64,000 bases of DNA from contig NC_043007.1 of the NCBI RefSeq assembly GCF_006345805.1, positions 806,001 through 870,000 on the forward strand, given 5' to 3'. How positions within the stretch are numbered: position 1 is the stretch's first letter; each line of letters opens with the position of its first letter. The DNA comes from Octopus sinensis. Its lineage: Eukaryota. The notes under the pieces were generated by a model, which ran no database searches, was not told where the DNA came from, and saw only the letters and a program-made list of their open reading frames with translations. The position numbers and the translations under genes are program-made. Positions 38,141 through 51,233 of this stretch are shown here, piece after piece.

Positions 38141-41100
38141 TGGTATACACACACACACGAGAGTATGCTGAAAAGTTTGTGGCTTTGGGTAAAAGAAAAT
38201 ACACGAGGATCAGTTAATTATGATTATATTCCACATATCCCATCCAACCCATGCCAGCATGGAAAACGGATGTCAAACGATGATGATGATGATCCCTTCT
38301 CAGATTCACATGCTTATTGCAGCTGCCCTTTAGTTTTTCTAAGCCCTAACTAGGCCTTGTGCAATACCCTTAAAACCAGGAACTTTTCCGCACACACACA
38401 CACAAGTTGTTATGCATATTCTGTCTGCTAATTTCACCAACAAGGCATTGGTCAGCCTAAGACGACAGTAGAAGCTGCTTGTCTCCAGTTGTTCTGTATT
38501 GAGACAGTACTTAAGAGCCTGTTCATGTCCAGTCCACTGCAGAACGAAGGCCTCAGCATGTTCTGTCCGTCAACCACAGGTCTGATGTGGGGCCATGAAT
38601 TTGAGCTTGAAATCCTATTGGTTTGATTATCCTACTCTGCCACACTGGCTTCACATGGATTGTCAGAGCTGTGCAGTTTTTATACTCTATCCAGGAGTAG
38701 TTAAGCCTATTACATTGACCCTCAGTACTCAACTTATTTTATCGACCTCGAAAGGATATAAGGCAAAGTTAGCTACAGTGGAATTTGAACTCAGGATATA
38801 AAAGATGGACAAAATACTGGTAAGCATTTCGCCTGGTTTGCTAATGACTCTGCCAGCTTGTTGTCTAGAGCATTTGGTGACTAAAAGAATTCTGTATGCT
38901 CACAACCATGCTTGCACCTCGAAATATTAATGACCATTTTTCTTATTTCTTTATTCCCCACAGGGGGGGACAAACAAGGACAGACAAAGGGATTAAGTCG
39001 ATTACATCGACCCTAGTGCGTAACTGGTACTTAATTTATCGACCCCGAAAGGATGAAAGGCAAAGTCAACCTCAGCGGAATTTGAACTCCGAACATAACG
39101 GTAGACGAAATACCACTAAGCATTTAGCCCAGCGTGCTAACGTTTCTGCCAGCTCGCTGCCTTGTCCATTTTTTACCATTTTCCTTGCAGCTTTGTCCAT
39201 TAATGACCATTTTTCTGTGATAATATGGGTTAGATGGATAACGGGGAAACTATATTATGTAAATTGTAGCTTTTCACAGCATTGTATTAAACCTGAGACA
39301 AACTAAAGTACTTAAGCATCATCATCACCACCAATTTTATGACCATTTTGGGGAACCTATACGCCAAAGAAGCTGGGAAACCGGCTCTTATGAGCCAGGC
39401 GTGGCTCGAGAAGGAACAAACAACAACAATATGATTGAATTGGTGAGTGAACTGGCTGTTGTCGGGAAGCAGAGACTTTTCTCAATATTAAACACCCACT
39501 CGTTCTGTATCTTAGGTGGTGAACATTGTTTACTCAGGGAGATGCGTCTGCCATTTGAAGATTCACTGTGATCCACATGGCATAAGACTCACCATATGCT
39601 AACTTTTTTGCTTCAGCACACACCAAATATAACTGATGGCCATTTTGTAATTATATTTACTAAAAGTGGGTTTTTGCGATGTGTTTGTGAAGAGAGGATG
39701 TAATATATAAGTGAGCCTGTTTCCAGTAGATTTTGTTCTTTTTTTTTTCTGGTGGGTGAATTGGTGTAATATTTACAGACATCACCATCATCATTGTTTA
39801 ACGTCTGCTTTCCATGCTAGCATGGGTTGGACGATTTGACTGAGGACTGGCGAACCAGATGGCTGCGCCAGGCTCCAATCTGATCTTGCAGAGTTTCTAC
39901 AGCTGGATGCCCTTCCTAATGCATTAAGAAATTAGAAAGTCTATTGTGTTAGAATCAACTTTTACAATGTATGTATTTTTTTCTTATTTGTTTCAGTCAT
40001 AGGACTGTGGCCATGCTGAGGTACCACCGTTAAAAGTTTAGTCGGAGAAATTGACTCTCCTATAGTTTTTTAAAAGTATGGTACCTTATCAGTTTATTTC
40101 GCCAATTTGCTAAGTTACAGGATTGTAAACAAGCATGAAGACACCCCCACCTCACACATCTGACAGGCTTCCATACAGTTTCTGTCAACCAAATTCACCC
40201 ACAAGGCATTGGTTGTTCCAGGGCTATAAAAGACACTTGCTCAAGGTGCCACACACTGGAATTGAACCTGTAACCATGTGGTTATAAAGCAAGCTTCTTA
40301 ACCATACAGCTATGTTAGCATCTATTGCAGACGTTCTCTACAAAATGTTTAAAGATTTTTTTCCTTTTTTACATCTTTTAGTCAGAAGAGAAGGCAACAC
40401 CCATCACCCTTCACAGGGTCCCTGATATTAGTGGGGTCAGGATAGAGAAGGAAGTGTCCTTAAATTGGAGACCTAATGTGACAGCTTGCAACAGAGTGGA
40501 CCCAAGTGTTATAAACTGGGCAACTTGAGTGGGCCATCAAGGGATTTGAACTTGAACATACACTGCAAGTGACCCCAGCCCAATGTTCTTAAGGTTTTTA
40601 CATCTCCCTCGATTAGTACTTAACAGTATTTTGTCCATCTTTTATATTCTGAGTTCAAATTCTGCTGTGGCTGACTTTGCCTTATATCCTTCCGAGATCG
40701 ATAAAATAAGTACCAGTTGAGTACTGGGGTTGATGTAATAGACTTTCGAATGAAGGCAAAGTTGACTATTGTAGGATATGAACTCAGAACGCTTGGTGTC
40801 AGAAGTAATTTTATCTGATGCTCTGTTCTCATGATTCTGCTACCTTGCTGCAGTTTTTGTCTTTCTCCAGTTCTAGAGATTAAAATGAATTTAATGTGTT
40901 TGTATCTGGGTTTAGCAGATATGAGACTTATGGCATGTTTTGCTCATGTAATGGAATTAGTAATATAGAATATTTCTCAAATTAAATTTTATTTTTTCAC
41001 TAATTAGTTTGTGTGTGTGTGTGTGTGAAGTTTACTTCCCAGCCACATGGTTTTGGTTCTGTCCCACTGTGTAGTGCTTTGCGAAAGTGTCTCCTACTTC

Positions 41101-42373
41101 AGCCCTGGGTCAACCTAAGCATTTATGAGTAGATTTGGTGGATAAAGAAAGCCTGGTGTCTGTGTGTGTGTGTGTGTGTGTGTGTCTTTGATTTGATATC
41201 GTGTCATTCGTTTCCAATATTCTGCAAAAGCATGTCTGGCCATGGGAAAATATTATTTCGTTTGGAATTAGGGTTAGGGTTGGCAGCAGGAAGGGCATCC
41301 AGCTGTAGCAAAAATCTACCTCGGTAAACTCCCATGTGACCCCTGCAGATATGGAAAGGTGGATTTTAAAATGATGATGATTCGAGTGACTAATTTATAC
41401 TTAACATTTTAATTACTGAATTACTGTTTTATCTATTTGTTCATGCTGGACAAGTGTCAAAGGTGAGGCCGATTTCTTCTAAGCATCAAACAGGCTGTAT
41501 TTCAAGTAGAGAAAACAACTGCAAAAATTAGTTCTAAATTCGTTGTATTTAGATAATGTTTCACTATTTCACTGCATGGCATAACTTATCTCCCTTGCTT
41601 TGACTTGAAACGGCTTCACTTGGAACTGTAGCAGGTGTATTACAAGACTGTCTGTTTTCTTTTACTTTCCTTAGTTGTTCTGTATAAATAGGGCTTCCGT
41701 TATTAGAAATTTTCATTTTATATATATATTTTATTTTTTTTTTTTATATTTCGTTTTGTAATGCTGTTTTAAGTAGTGTAAAGCATTAAAAATTTTCTGC
41801 CTTCTTCGATATGTGGGAGGTTCGCCCACTTAATCCGTATTCCTTCTAACATGTGCTCTAAAATAGCTAACCACAATTTTTTAGTTGGCTGCTGTCTGAC
41901 AGTGACAAGTCTGTAACAAAAAAAAATAATAATAAAAAAAACCCCAACTATCTGATAGTTGTGAAAGTACATTTTGCTCTTCTTCACTGGTTGCCATTGT
42001 GTGATAGCGGCTCCTTCATAGTTAGAATACTTGGTTTTCCTGTTATTGAAATAGTGACTTCCTGTCTATATTTAATAAAGGAGCTTCTTGTATCAAAGTT
42101 AACAAGTGGTCAAGTATCTAAATCGTGAAGGGAAACAGAAACTGTCATTCAGCGTACACTTTTTACAGGGGTCTTGAGATTTTAAAAGGGTTGGGTTCCC
42201 GATCTCTCTCTATCTCTCTCCCACGCACACACACCCACACTGTATTTGCCAATTTATGTAAAAGACACCTTTACAAGTAAAGATTTTTTCCTTCATTCTT
42301 GCATTTAGAAGAGCTGTACATGTATACAACAGCCTGGGTTAGTGTTAATAAGGTTTGTTATTAATTCGATATT

Positions 42374-42603
42374 TTAACCCTTTTGTTACTAACTTGGCCA
42401 AAACCTTCTCTGGCTCTGTGGTAAAATGTCTTGTTTTCATAAGTTTTGAATTAAAATCTTCCACCAAACCTTAGTCACAATTTATGTTCCTAACACCAGC
42501 TTAATGATAACTAAGTTATTTTACTAAATTCTTTGTTATATTTTAAAATTAATTGAAAGAAACACAGAGCATCTCAACAGAAATATGGTAACAAAAGGGT
42601 TAA
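42374..42603. mobile_element. piggyBac-type MITE
   Basis: TTAA-CCCTTTTGTTAC...GTAACAAAAGGG-TTAA. Confidence 0.85.
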
Positions 42604-42626
42604 AATATATAATAGAGAAACAATTC

Positions 42627-42855
42627 TTAACCCTTTCGCTACCAACCCGACTGAAACCAGCTCTGGCTCTGAGTACAAATGTCTTGTTTTGATAAGTTTT
42701 GAATTAAAATCTTCCACCAAATCTTAGTCACAATTTATGTTCCTAACACTAGCTGAATGATAACTAAGTTCTTTTACTAAATTCTTTGTTATATTTAAAA
42801 TTAATTGAAAGAAACACAGAGCATCTCAACAGAAATACGGTAACGAAAGGGTTAA
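42627..42855. mobile_element. piggyBac-type MITE, second adjacent copy
   Basis: TTAA-CCCTTTCG...CGAAAGGG-TTAA, with an interior similar to 42374-42603. Confidence 0.85.
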
Positions 42856-43637
42856 ACCAGCCATATCTGGCCCAACTGGTCAGATCTGGTCTTTCATGCA
42901 TACCCTACAATGTCATTCTGAAGAATAATCACACCATTGACTCCTCAAAGCTATGAGATAATGCATGATTAATTCAAAACAATGTTGTGGCCGATGCCAG
43001 TGCCATCTGACTGGCACGTTAAAAGCGCTGGAGGTAGTGACAGGTGACCAAGACCTTTGGCGTTATCCCGTGCTTGTGTAGATCTGTCAAGTCAAGTGAG
43101 GCTGTAGTCGTGGCCGATGCTGGTGTCAGGTCAATGGCACCCATGCTGGCGGCACGGAAAAAAACACCCACTACTCTCTTGGAGTGGTTGGCATTAAGAA
43201 GGGCATCCAGCCATAGAAACCAAGCCAAATCAGATTGGGACCTGGTGCAGCTCCCTAGCTTACCAGTTTTCAGTCAAACCGTCCAACCCATGCCAGCATG
43301 GAAAGTGGACATTAATTGATGATTATGAAGAAACAAGCCATTATGTTTCACAGAGGAATCTGAAGACTAAAGGGTTAAAGCTAAACATCAAGGGGGATTA
43401 CATGAGAACCAGCATTGTTTGTGGAGTTGTGGTAGATGCTTGGTAACCATTGTAGGTTTGTTCACATCCATAATGGGGGAGTTAAAAGAGTACCTTCGTT
43501 GTCATGAACTCCAGCTTGGTTTAAGGATACTTTACTCTGTATCTTCATGATAAACCACTGAACAATCGGACTTTGTGTGAGTATGTATGTTGGTTTGTGT
43601 GTTTGTAGGTATGTGTGTCTAGGTATGTATGCACACA

Positions 43638-44052
43638 AAGGCGGCGAGCTGGCAGAAATGTTAGCACGCCGGGCGAAATGCTTAGCGGTATTTTGTCTGC
43701 CGTTATGTTCTGTGTTCAAATTCCGCCGAGGTCGACTTTGCCTTTCATCCTTTCGGGGTCGATTAAATAAGTACCAGTTATGCACTGGGGTCAATATAAT
43801 CGACTTAATCCGTTTGTCTGTCCTTGTTTGTCCTCTCTGTGTTTAGCCCCTTGTGGGTAGTAAAGAAACAGGTATTTCGTCTGCCGCTACATTCTGAGTT
43901 CAAATTCCGCCGAGGTCGACTTTGCCTTTCATCCTTTCGGGGTCGACTAAATAAGTACCAGTTATGCACTGGGGTCAATATAATCGACTTAATCCGTTTG
44001 TCTGTCCTTGTTTGTCCTCTCTGTGTTTAGCCCCTTGTGGGTAGTATAGAAA
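43638..44052 (+). mobile_element. SINE family B with a tandemly duplicated body
   Basis: Head + body + body, flanked by the 18-bp TSD taggtatgtatgcacaca (43620-43637 / 44053-44070). Confidence 0.9.
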
Positions 44053-45020
44053 TAGGTATGTATGCACACACATCCAACTTCACTCACAGAGCATTGTTCA
44101 GCTGGAAGCTATGATAGATGACACTTGCATGGGCCACTGAAATATTCGATTTTCTTGAGAAATTTTATACAATTATAATAGTTTTTTTTAGAAATATTTC
44201 AAAATTGAAATTTAATTCTGTAGCATGAAACTGGCACGGGGCCAGTCAGGTAGTACTGGCAACAACCTTGCTTAAATCTTTTTACACATGCCACCAGCAC
44301 AGGTGCCAGTAAGGTGATGCTGGTAACGATCACGCTCGGATGGTGCTTTTTACATGCCACCGGCACGGAAGCCAGTTAGCCGCTCTGGCAATGATCACGC
44401 TCGGATGGTGCTCTTAGCACCCTACTAGCATGAGGCACAAGTGCCAGTAAGGCGACTATATAAATATATATATACTTTATAATTAGTATTACTTAAGCTT
44501 ATCATGAAATAGTCTTTTTCATGCCGAATTCTACTTGGTGAAATTACTGATTACTTCTTAATTAATTAATTTTACCCTTTGTTATTATATATATATACAC
44601 ACACACATATATGATGGGCTTCTTTCAGCCTCCATCTACCAGATCCATTCTCAAGGTTTTGGTTGGCGCAAGGTGCCATGCAGTGGGACTGAACCTAAGA
44701 CCGCATGGTTGGGGAAGCAAATTTCTTAACTACACAACAGTAATAGAAATAAAGTATTTTTTTTCTGCAATTTTGTGCATTTATCTAATTGTTGAATACT
44801 GGAATAGAAAATGCTTTTGTTTTGATGATACTCATGATAACTGGTGATAAAAATAAACATGGCTATCTGGGATGGCTGACATAATAATCTCTGTGGTTGC
44901 AGTTTTCAAGAAGCCCAAGGTAAATAACTCTGTATAAGATTTGTTGCTTTTCTTTGGTGGGGACAGAAATTAGGCAGTCTGGAAAGTTTCATGTAGAACT
45001 CCTTGCAAAACTAACTGGAA

Positions 45021-45255
45021 ATTACATTATTTACATTTGATGGATATTTGTCCTCATCTTGTTTGTTCTTAACACAACGTTTCGGCTGATATACCCTCCA
45101 GACTTCATCAGGTGCCTTGGGGAAATTTCAAATCTGGGTTCTCATTCCTAAGATATTTTACAATGTTGTTATTATTCATGTCACTGCCTGGAATCAAACT
45201 CGGAATCTTGGGGTTAGTAGCCTGCACTCTTAACCACTAGGCCATATGCCCATGG
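45021..45255 (-). mobile_element. Penelope-derived unit: tRNA-like head (45180-45251) plus minimal hammerhead (45071-45116)
   Basis: Minus strand: tggcctagtgg A-box, gagtttgattcc B-box-like motif, then ggcac-CTGATGA-a-gtctg..cagcc-GAAAC-GTT-gtgtt and a TAAATAATG-like tail. Confidence 0.75.
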
Positions 45256-45703
45256 AAAGTATTTAATTTAAGTTTTTAAATTTTGAAAGCAAATTAACTC
45301 TAATATGATTTCTTTGTTGCTTTAACTTTTTTTAAATTTTTAATCAGAGCTTAATAAGTTTAATTCCCATCATCATCATCATCATTGTTTTCCCTCTGCC
45401 AAACCTGATTGTATGAGTCTTCTTCTGGACAGCGTCTAACTGTCCTGAAGAAGACTCATATAATGTGATCTCTGGGAACAAATTGCCTTGTATATCGAGG
45501 CATTATTTTATTTTGCTTCTGTGAGGCTCTATTGATGGTTATGGTCCTGGCCAACATTATGACAATAACTCTGCAAAAAAAAAATAAAATGAACCCTTAA
45601 TTGAAAAACAGGTGAAGGATTGGCATCAGGAAGAACCTCCAGTAACAAAATTTAACCTCATATCTGTTCCTATTTATGCCAGGCTTACTCTGAAAAATAA
45701 ACA

Positions 45704-45929
45704 TTAACCCATTAAGTCCCAGAGTACTTAAATTTCTGAATATTAGTTATAAATTTTTACAGATGATTGAAAATAGGTTAAAATTTTTAAAATAATTGTT
45801 AAAACTCCTTCAAGTAGAAATGGAAATACTCGGTGTCCTATAAATAGGACACTGAGACAATGTGATATAGCTTATTTAATGTTCTCATTTAGTGTCCTAT
45901 TTATAGGACAATGGGACTTAACGGGTTAA
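45704..45929. mobile_element. TTAA-flanked MITE, second family
   Basis: TIR ttaacccattaagtccca / tgggacttaacgggttaa (1 mismatch) and two internal gtgtcctat(a/t)(a/t)ataggaca near-palindromes. Confidence 0.8.
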
Positions 45930-46877
45930 ACAAATGAATGATACCTGACTTTATGTTCTTGAAAAATAGTTCATAATTTTTATGAAAGGGCATCTGATAA
46001 TAAAATTGAAGAATATCTTACAGGGTCCATCTTAGTATATAAAAATGATAATTTTGAAAATAGCATAAATTTGGGGAATTTTTCTTTTTTTTTTTTTCTT
46101 TTCTCTTTTTAATTTATAATTTGACCTTCATATGGTGCCCTAAGAAAAGCTCATTTCAGTAAAAGAGAGAAAGGGCCAGAGACAATAAGAGATTGAACCG
46201 TAGTGTTTTATGTCATGTAACGTGTTAAATGTCGATGAACCATCTTTGGAAAGTTTTGTGACTTGTTGGAACTACCAGCCAAATCTTCAAATCATGTTCT
46301 TGCACATGACATCTGATCCGTCTTCCAGGTTTTCTCTGGCTGTGTTAATGCTTGTGTATATGAAGTAGGGAGCACAAAAACTGAGAAGTCCTTCCTCTTG
46401 TAAATGTTAGCTCTCTGTTGATAGGTAAGAATTCAGTTGTTTAATCAATTGAATTACCTGCTCATTTAAGTGGCTGAGTAATTCCACAGACGCACGGACC
46501 CTCAATACAATTTTCAGACAGACTTAGTATGACACCGTGTGTGTGTGTGTGTGTATGGCAGTGGGGGTAGAAGGTTGTCCCTTTTGAATTTTGAGCACAA
46601 TCCACCTGGTGCACTTTTGTGCAAGTGCAACCCCTAAAATTTTTCTGTAGGGGAGAATGAAAGCACTTTAACCATGTTGGGTTTGACCTGGTTTAGTACC
46701 CTCTAAGCAAATTTCGATCCTACACTTGTGTGTGAATACACTGCTTGGAATTAATATACGTGTAGTCACAGGTGTTACTGTATAGCCATGAATGTATATG
46801 AAAATACAAACTACAAATGAAAGAGAATAGAATGTGAGAGATTAGTTGTTCAGTTTTAATATGACCTCATTCATACA

Positions 46878-47266
46878 CTCTTTACTCTCTTTTACTCTTT
46901 TACTTGTTTCAGTCATTTGACTGCGGCCATGCTGGAGCACAGCCTTTAGTCGAGCAAATCGACCCCGGGACTTATTCTTTGTAAGCCCAGTACTTATTCT
47001 ATTGGTCTCTTTTGCCGAACCGCTAAGTTACGGGGACGTAAACGCACCAGCATCGGTTGTCAAGCAATGCTAGGGGGACAAACACAGACACACACATACA
47101 CATATATACGACAGGCTTCTTTCAGTTTCCGTCTACCAAATCCACTCACAAGGCATTGGTCGGCCCGGGGCTATAGCAGAAGACACTTGCCCAAGATGCC
47201 ACACAGTGGGACTGAACCCGTAACCATGTGGTTGGTTAGCAAGCTACTTACCACACAGCCACTCCT
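46878..47266 (-). mobile_element. SINE family A, full length
   Basis: Complete head-to-tail match to the 48768-49180 copy. Confidence 0.9.
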
Positions 47267-48670
47267 GTGCAACACGATTGGTTTCATACGTATAATTGAT
47301 TTTATTTATCAAATAAATTTGTATATATTATTTCAGAACAGAAAGGATGTCTGTGGCACTGTGTCGGTTTCATTTTAGATCTTGCTGCCTTTCCATTGTT
47401 CAAGTTCAATATTTCGGTCAAGGTTTATTTAAAATGCGAGCGAAATGTTTTTGTCGATCGTATCAGGAAATTTCGAGTGTTTAATATTGGAGGGGGTAGT
47501 TGGGTTGGGGGCAAATTGTGTGATATAGTTTTATCGATATGTTATTGATATAATACCTTGAAACATTGACAGCTGAACAAACGTCTGATTTATGACATGT
47601 TTAAATAGCTTTGGAAACTGGAAATTAGAATGGTGGCAGGGGGAAGGTCAGGGTTAAAATTTTTTCGAAATGATTACCTTTGAGGAAATAGGCTCCTTTT
47701 TTTTTTTTCCCCTTTCTTAATGTCCATGTAGTGACATTTAATAACTTGTTGGTTTATATATACCCCTTTGCTTGTTCTAGCCTGTTGGTTGTGCCCATGC
47801 TGGAGCTCAGCCATCAGATTTGTAGATTGATTTTATTGTGTATGTTTAGCTTGGGATATATAGATATAGGTGTCAGTTATGTATCATAAAACTAAAGTAT
47901 TCAGCTGGCCTACCGAGAAAGATGTGAATTGATTTTTAAGGAGGGGAAGAGGTTTCTTGTCATATGTGGGTTATATTTTTGCGTTTTAGATAATTTTAAA
48001 ACAGGAAGTTTGTACCATAAAATCAAGGGACAAACTATGAAACTATGGTATCAAAGGGTTAAATTGGCTTAATTTTATTTTTTCTGGAGCACAATCCCCC
48101 CTTTTTTCTTTTTCCTGATGAATGACAGATGTCTGAAACGTCAAGCCTCTTATCTATCTCTTTGAGCATCAAACTAATACATTTGTTATTTGTTAAAAAA
48201 CTTACCCCTCCCATGTTGTTTCCTTTTCGTGTTCCACCGCCTTCGTAAAGTATGTTTTTGTGCTCAAGTTTAAGGGGTATTTACTGTCAAGACGATAAGT
48301 AAAACAGACAGCAATGTCTGCTCGGTTGCCCTTCTCTCCGACTGCCGAACACTGACATGTACAGATGCATGTGGTAGGCTGACTGCTGTATTTTGCGTTT
48401 GATTGCTAACATAACATTTTACCATAGACAGACCCTTGGTTATGATAATTGACAGACAAAAGAATTGCTTTCTCAATTTAATGCTTACCAACTTGTTTTG
48501 GATATACACTCTCAGCAACTAGGCCACAGCATTTTAGTTTTCGATTTTACTTTTTCGTTTTGATTGTTTAATTCCATAGGATATTTCCAGTCAATTGATT
48601 TTCGAGTCTTCGTAATTGAAAATAAGTTGTGCATATCTACGACATAACAAACGTTTCAAATAATTGGTTT

Positions 48671-48927
48671 TTAACCCTTTTGTTGCCATATTTCCTTTTT
48701 AAAATACGCTGCTAATGTTTTAATTGATTTTGAAAATAACACAGTATTTAGTAAAACAATTTTATCCAGGAGTGGCTGTGTGGTAAGTAGCTTGCTTACC
48801 AACCACATGGTTCCGGGTTCAATCCCACTGTGTGGCACCTTGGGCAAGTGTCTTCTACTATAGCCTCGGGCCGACCAAAGCCTTGTGAGTGGATTTGGTA
48901 GACGGAAACTGAAAGAAGCCCGTCGTA

Positions 48928-48958
<31 letters not shown>

Positions 48959-49680
48959 GCGTATGTGTGTTTGTGTGTTTATGTTTGTCCCCCTAGCATA
49001 GCTTGACAACTGATGCTGGTGTGTTTATGTCCCCGTTACTTAGCGGTTTGGCTAAAGAGACCGATAGAATAAGTACTGGGCTTACAAAAGAATAAGTCCT
49101 GCGGTCGAGTTGCTTGAGTAAAGGCAGTGCTCTAGCATGGCCTCAGTCAAATGACTGAAACAAGTAAAAGTAAGTAAAAGTATTATTAAGATGGTGTTCC
49201 AACCAAACTTGAAATTTTGATGGCAGGTTCTTAATTAAATCACTTTAAAAAAGGAAGTTTGTATTTTAGAACCAGGGAAGGCAGAGAGCTGGCAGAAACA
49301 TTGGCACGCCAGGTGAAATGCTTAGCGGTATTTCGACTTTGCCTTTCATCCTTTCGGGGTCGATAAATTAAGTACTAGTTGCGCACAGGGGTCGATGTAA
49401 TCGACTTAATCTGTTTGTCTCCTCTGTGTTTAGCCCCTTGCGGGCAATAAAGAAATAGGTATTTCGTCTGCCGCTACGTTCTGAGTTCAAATTCCGCCGA
49501 GGTCGACTTTGCCTTTCATCCTTTCGGGGTCGATAAATTAAGTACTGGTTGTGCACAGGGGTCGATGTAATTGACTTAATCTGTTTGTCTCCTCTGTGTT
49601 TAGCCGCTTGTGGGTAGTAAAGAAATATGTATTTTAGAACCAGGGGCTGTCTCACTTAAGTTGGTAACTAAAGGGGTTAG
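48671..49680. mobile_element. piggyBac-type MITE interrupted by two SINEs
   Basis: ttaaccctttt start and aaggggttag end. Contains SINE A (48768-49180) and SINE B (49278-49627). Confidence 0.7.
49278..49627 (+). mobile_element. SINE family B with a duplicated body, nested in a MITE
   Basis: 18-bp TSD tgtattttagaaccaggg (49260-49277 / 49628-49645). Confidence 0.9.
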
Positions 49681-51233
49681 CGTTTTGATAAAAATAGATG
49701 CAATCACAAAATGAATGTTACAATTCAGTTTGCGTGTGTATGTGTGTGTGTGTGTTACAGATTAAAGGGAAGAAGATTTCGTTTCCTCTAAATTTTCAGA
49801 AATTCCCAAAATGTGAAGGTATATTTTTATGTACGGGAGACGGCTACTGTTTAAAGCTTTAAGTAAACGTTCTAGATGTCTGCATTGAAAGTAATGATGA
49901 CATGTTTGAGAAACGGGGGCAGCAGGGAGGTTATTTGTTGAAATTTTGTTAGTTTCTGATTGAGGTGGATAAACGGATTGTAAAGGAAGTAAGTATATAT
50001 GGTAGTCAAGAGATGTGAGAGACATATGTGGTGTATATTTAGTGTAGTGTATAGTTAGTAAGCTGATAGAAGCAAACAGTGTTGTGATGGTAGAAGCGAG
50101 AGAGAGAGAGAGGTGTAGGAGGATAGCATAGTGTTTTGTATTGCTTGTGTAAAGATTTACCTGTCTGGTGGACACTTTTATTTATTTATTTGTTTACTTT
50201 TTTTTGTGTGTGTGTGTCTTAGCTGCACCATCATAGATTAGGAGAGCAGGTGTATTTGACATTTGTAGAATCAGCAGCTGTGCTGTTCAGAGCTGCTGTA
50301 GTTCTTAAATGAATATCGAAGCCACATTTATAAATATACACGTCTCAGTAACTCAGGTACATATGTGTATATATGTATATATATATATATGTGTGTGTGT
50401 GATATGTACCCCCTTATTCTTTCTCTTTTCCCCCTTGTTAGAGAAATAGGTGTAATGTGTATTACACGTAAGCTACGTGTACTTATTTTACAACCTGGTT
50501 TCAGTTGAAATATAAAATCGACCGAAATACTTTGAAGTAAAGTTGAAAATAGTAACAAAACATTTTATTTAGCAAAGTACTAAAGACTCATTCTCCTATC
50601 GACATTCTCATGTTTTTTATCCTTTTCTTCTTCTTCTTCACCATTAGCTTGTGGTATTTCATGTAGAAGAGTAATTACAGAGCCTAACACTGCATTTTCC
50701 ACCTTTTCTCTTTTACAGAACGTATTACTTTTTCCTTTTGATTTTATACCTGGTTGGCTGGGGCTGTAAATTTAGACATTTTTGCTTGTGTGTTTTGACA
50801 AGGTACTTTATGCTCTGATCAAATATTCTGTGATCCGAAGCTTATCCATTTCAGTTACATGTACTCACTTATTTATGTCAGCAATAAAAAGCAAGTTCAG
50901 CCCTTTAGCTTTCAGACTTCTTTGCCAAATATATTGCTTATTTATTCACATTGTTTTGAAGTAATCAGACATTGTGTAGCTTCAAGATTTCAGTGGCTTC
51001 TTTGTATATATCTAGCATGACATTGTAGGGTAGGTGTAAGAGGTTGGATCTTGTCAGTTTGAACATAAAACAGGTAGATTATCTGGGTTGGATATGACTG
51101 GATTAAATGCTAATGTTTTAACTGTTTTGTTATCATACTTCTGTTAAACTAAATTGCCTGTGATTCAATTAATTTTAGATATAATGAATTTAGTAAAATA
51201 CAGTTCTATATTTAAGAGATGAGGAATTATGTG

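Noticed and set aside
47489-47511. G-rich tract as a possible G-quadruplex
   Set aside because: Only three runs of three or more G; unremarkable.
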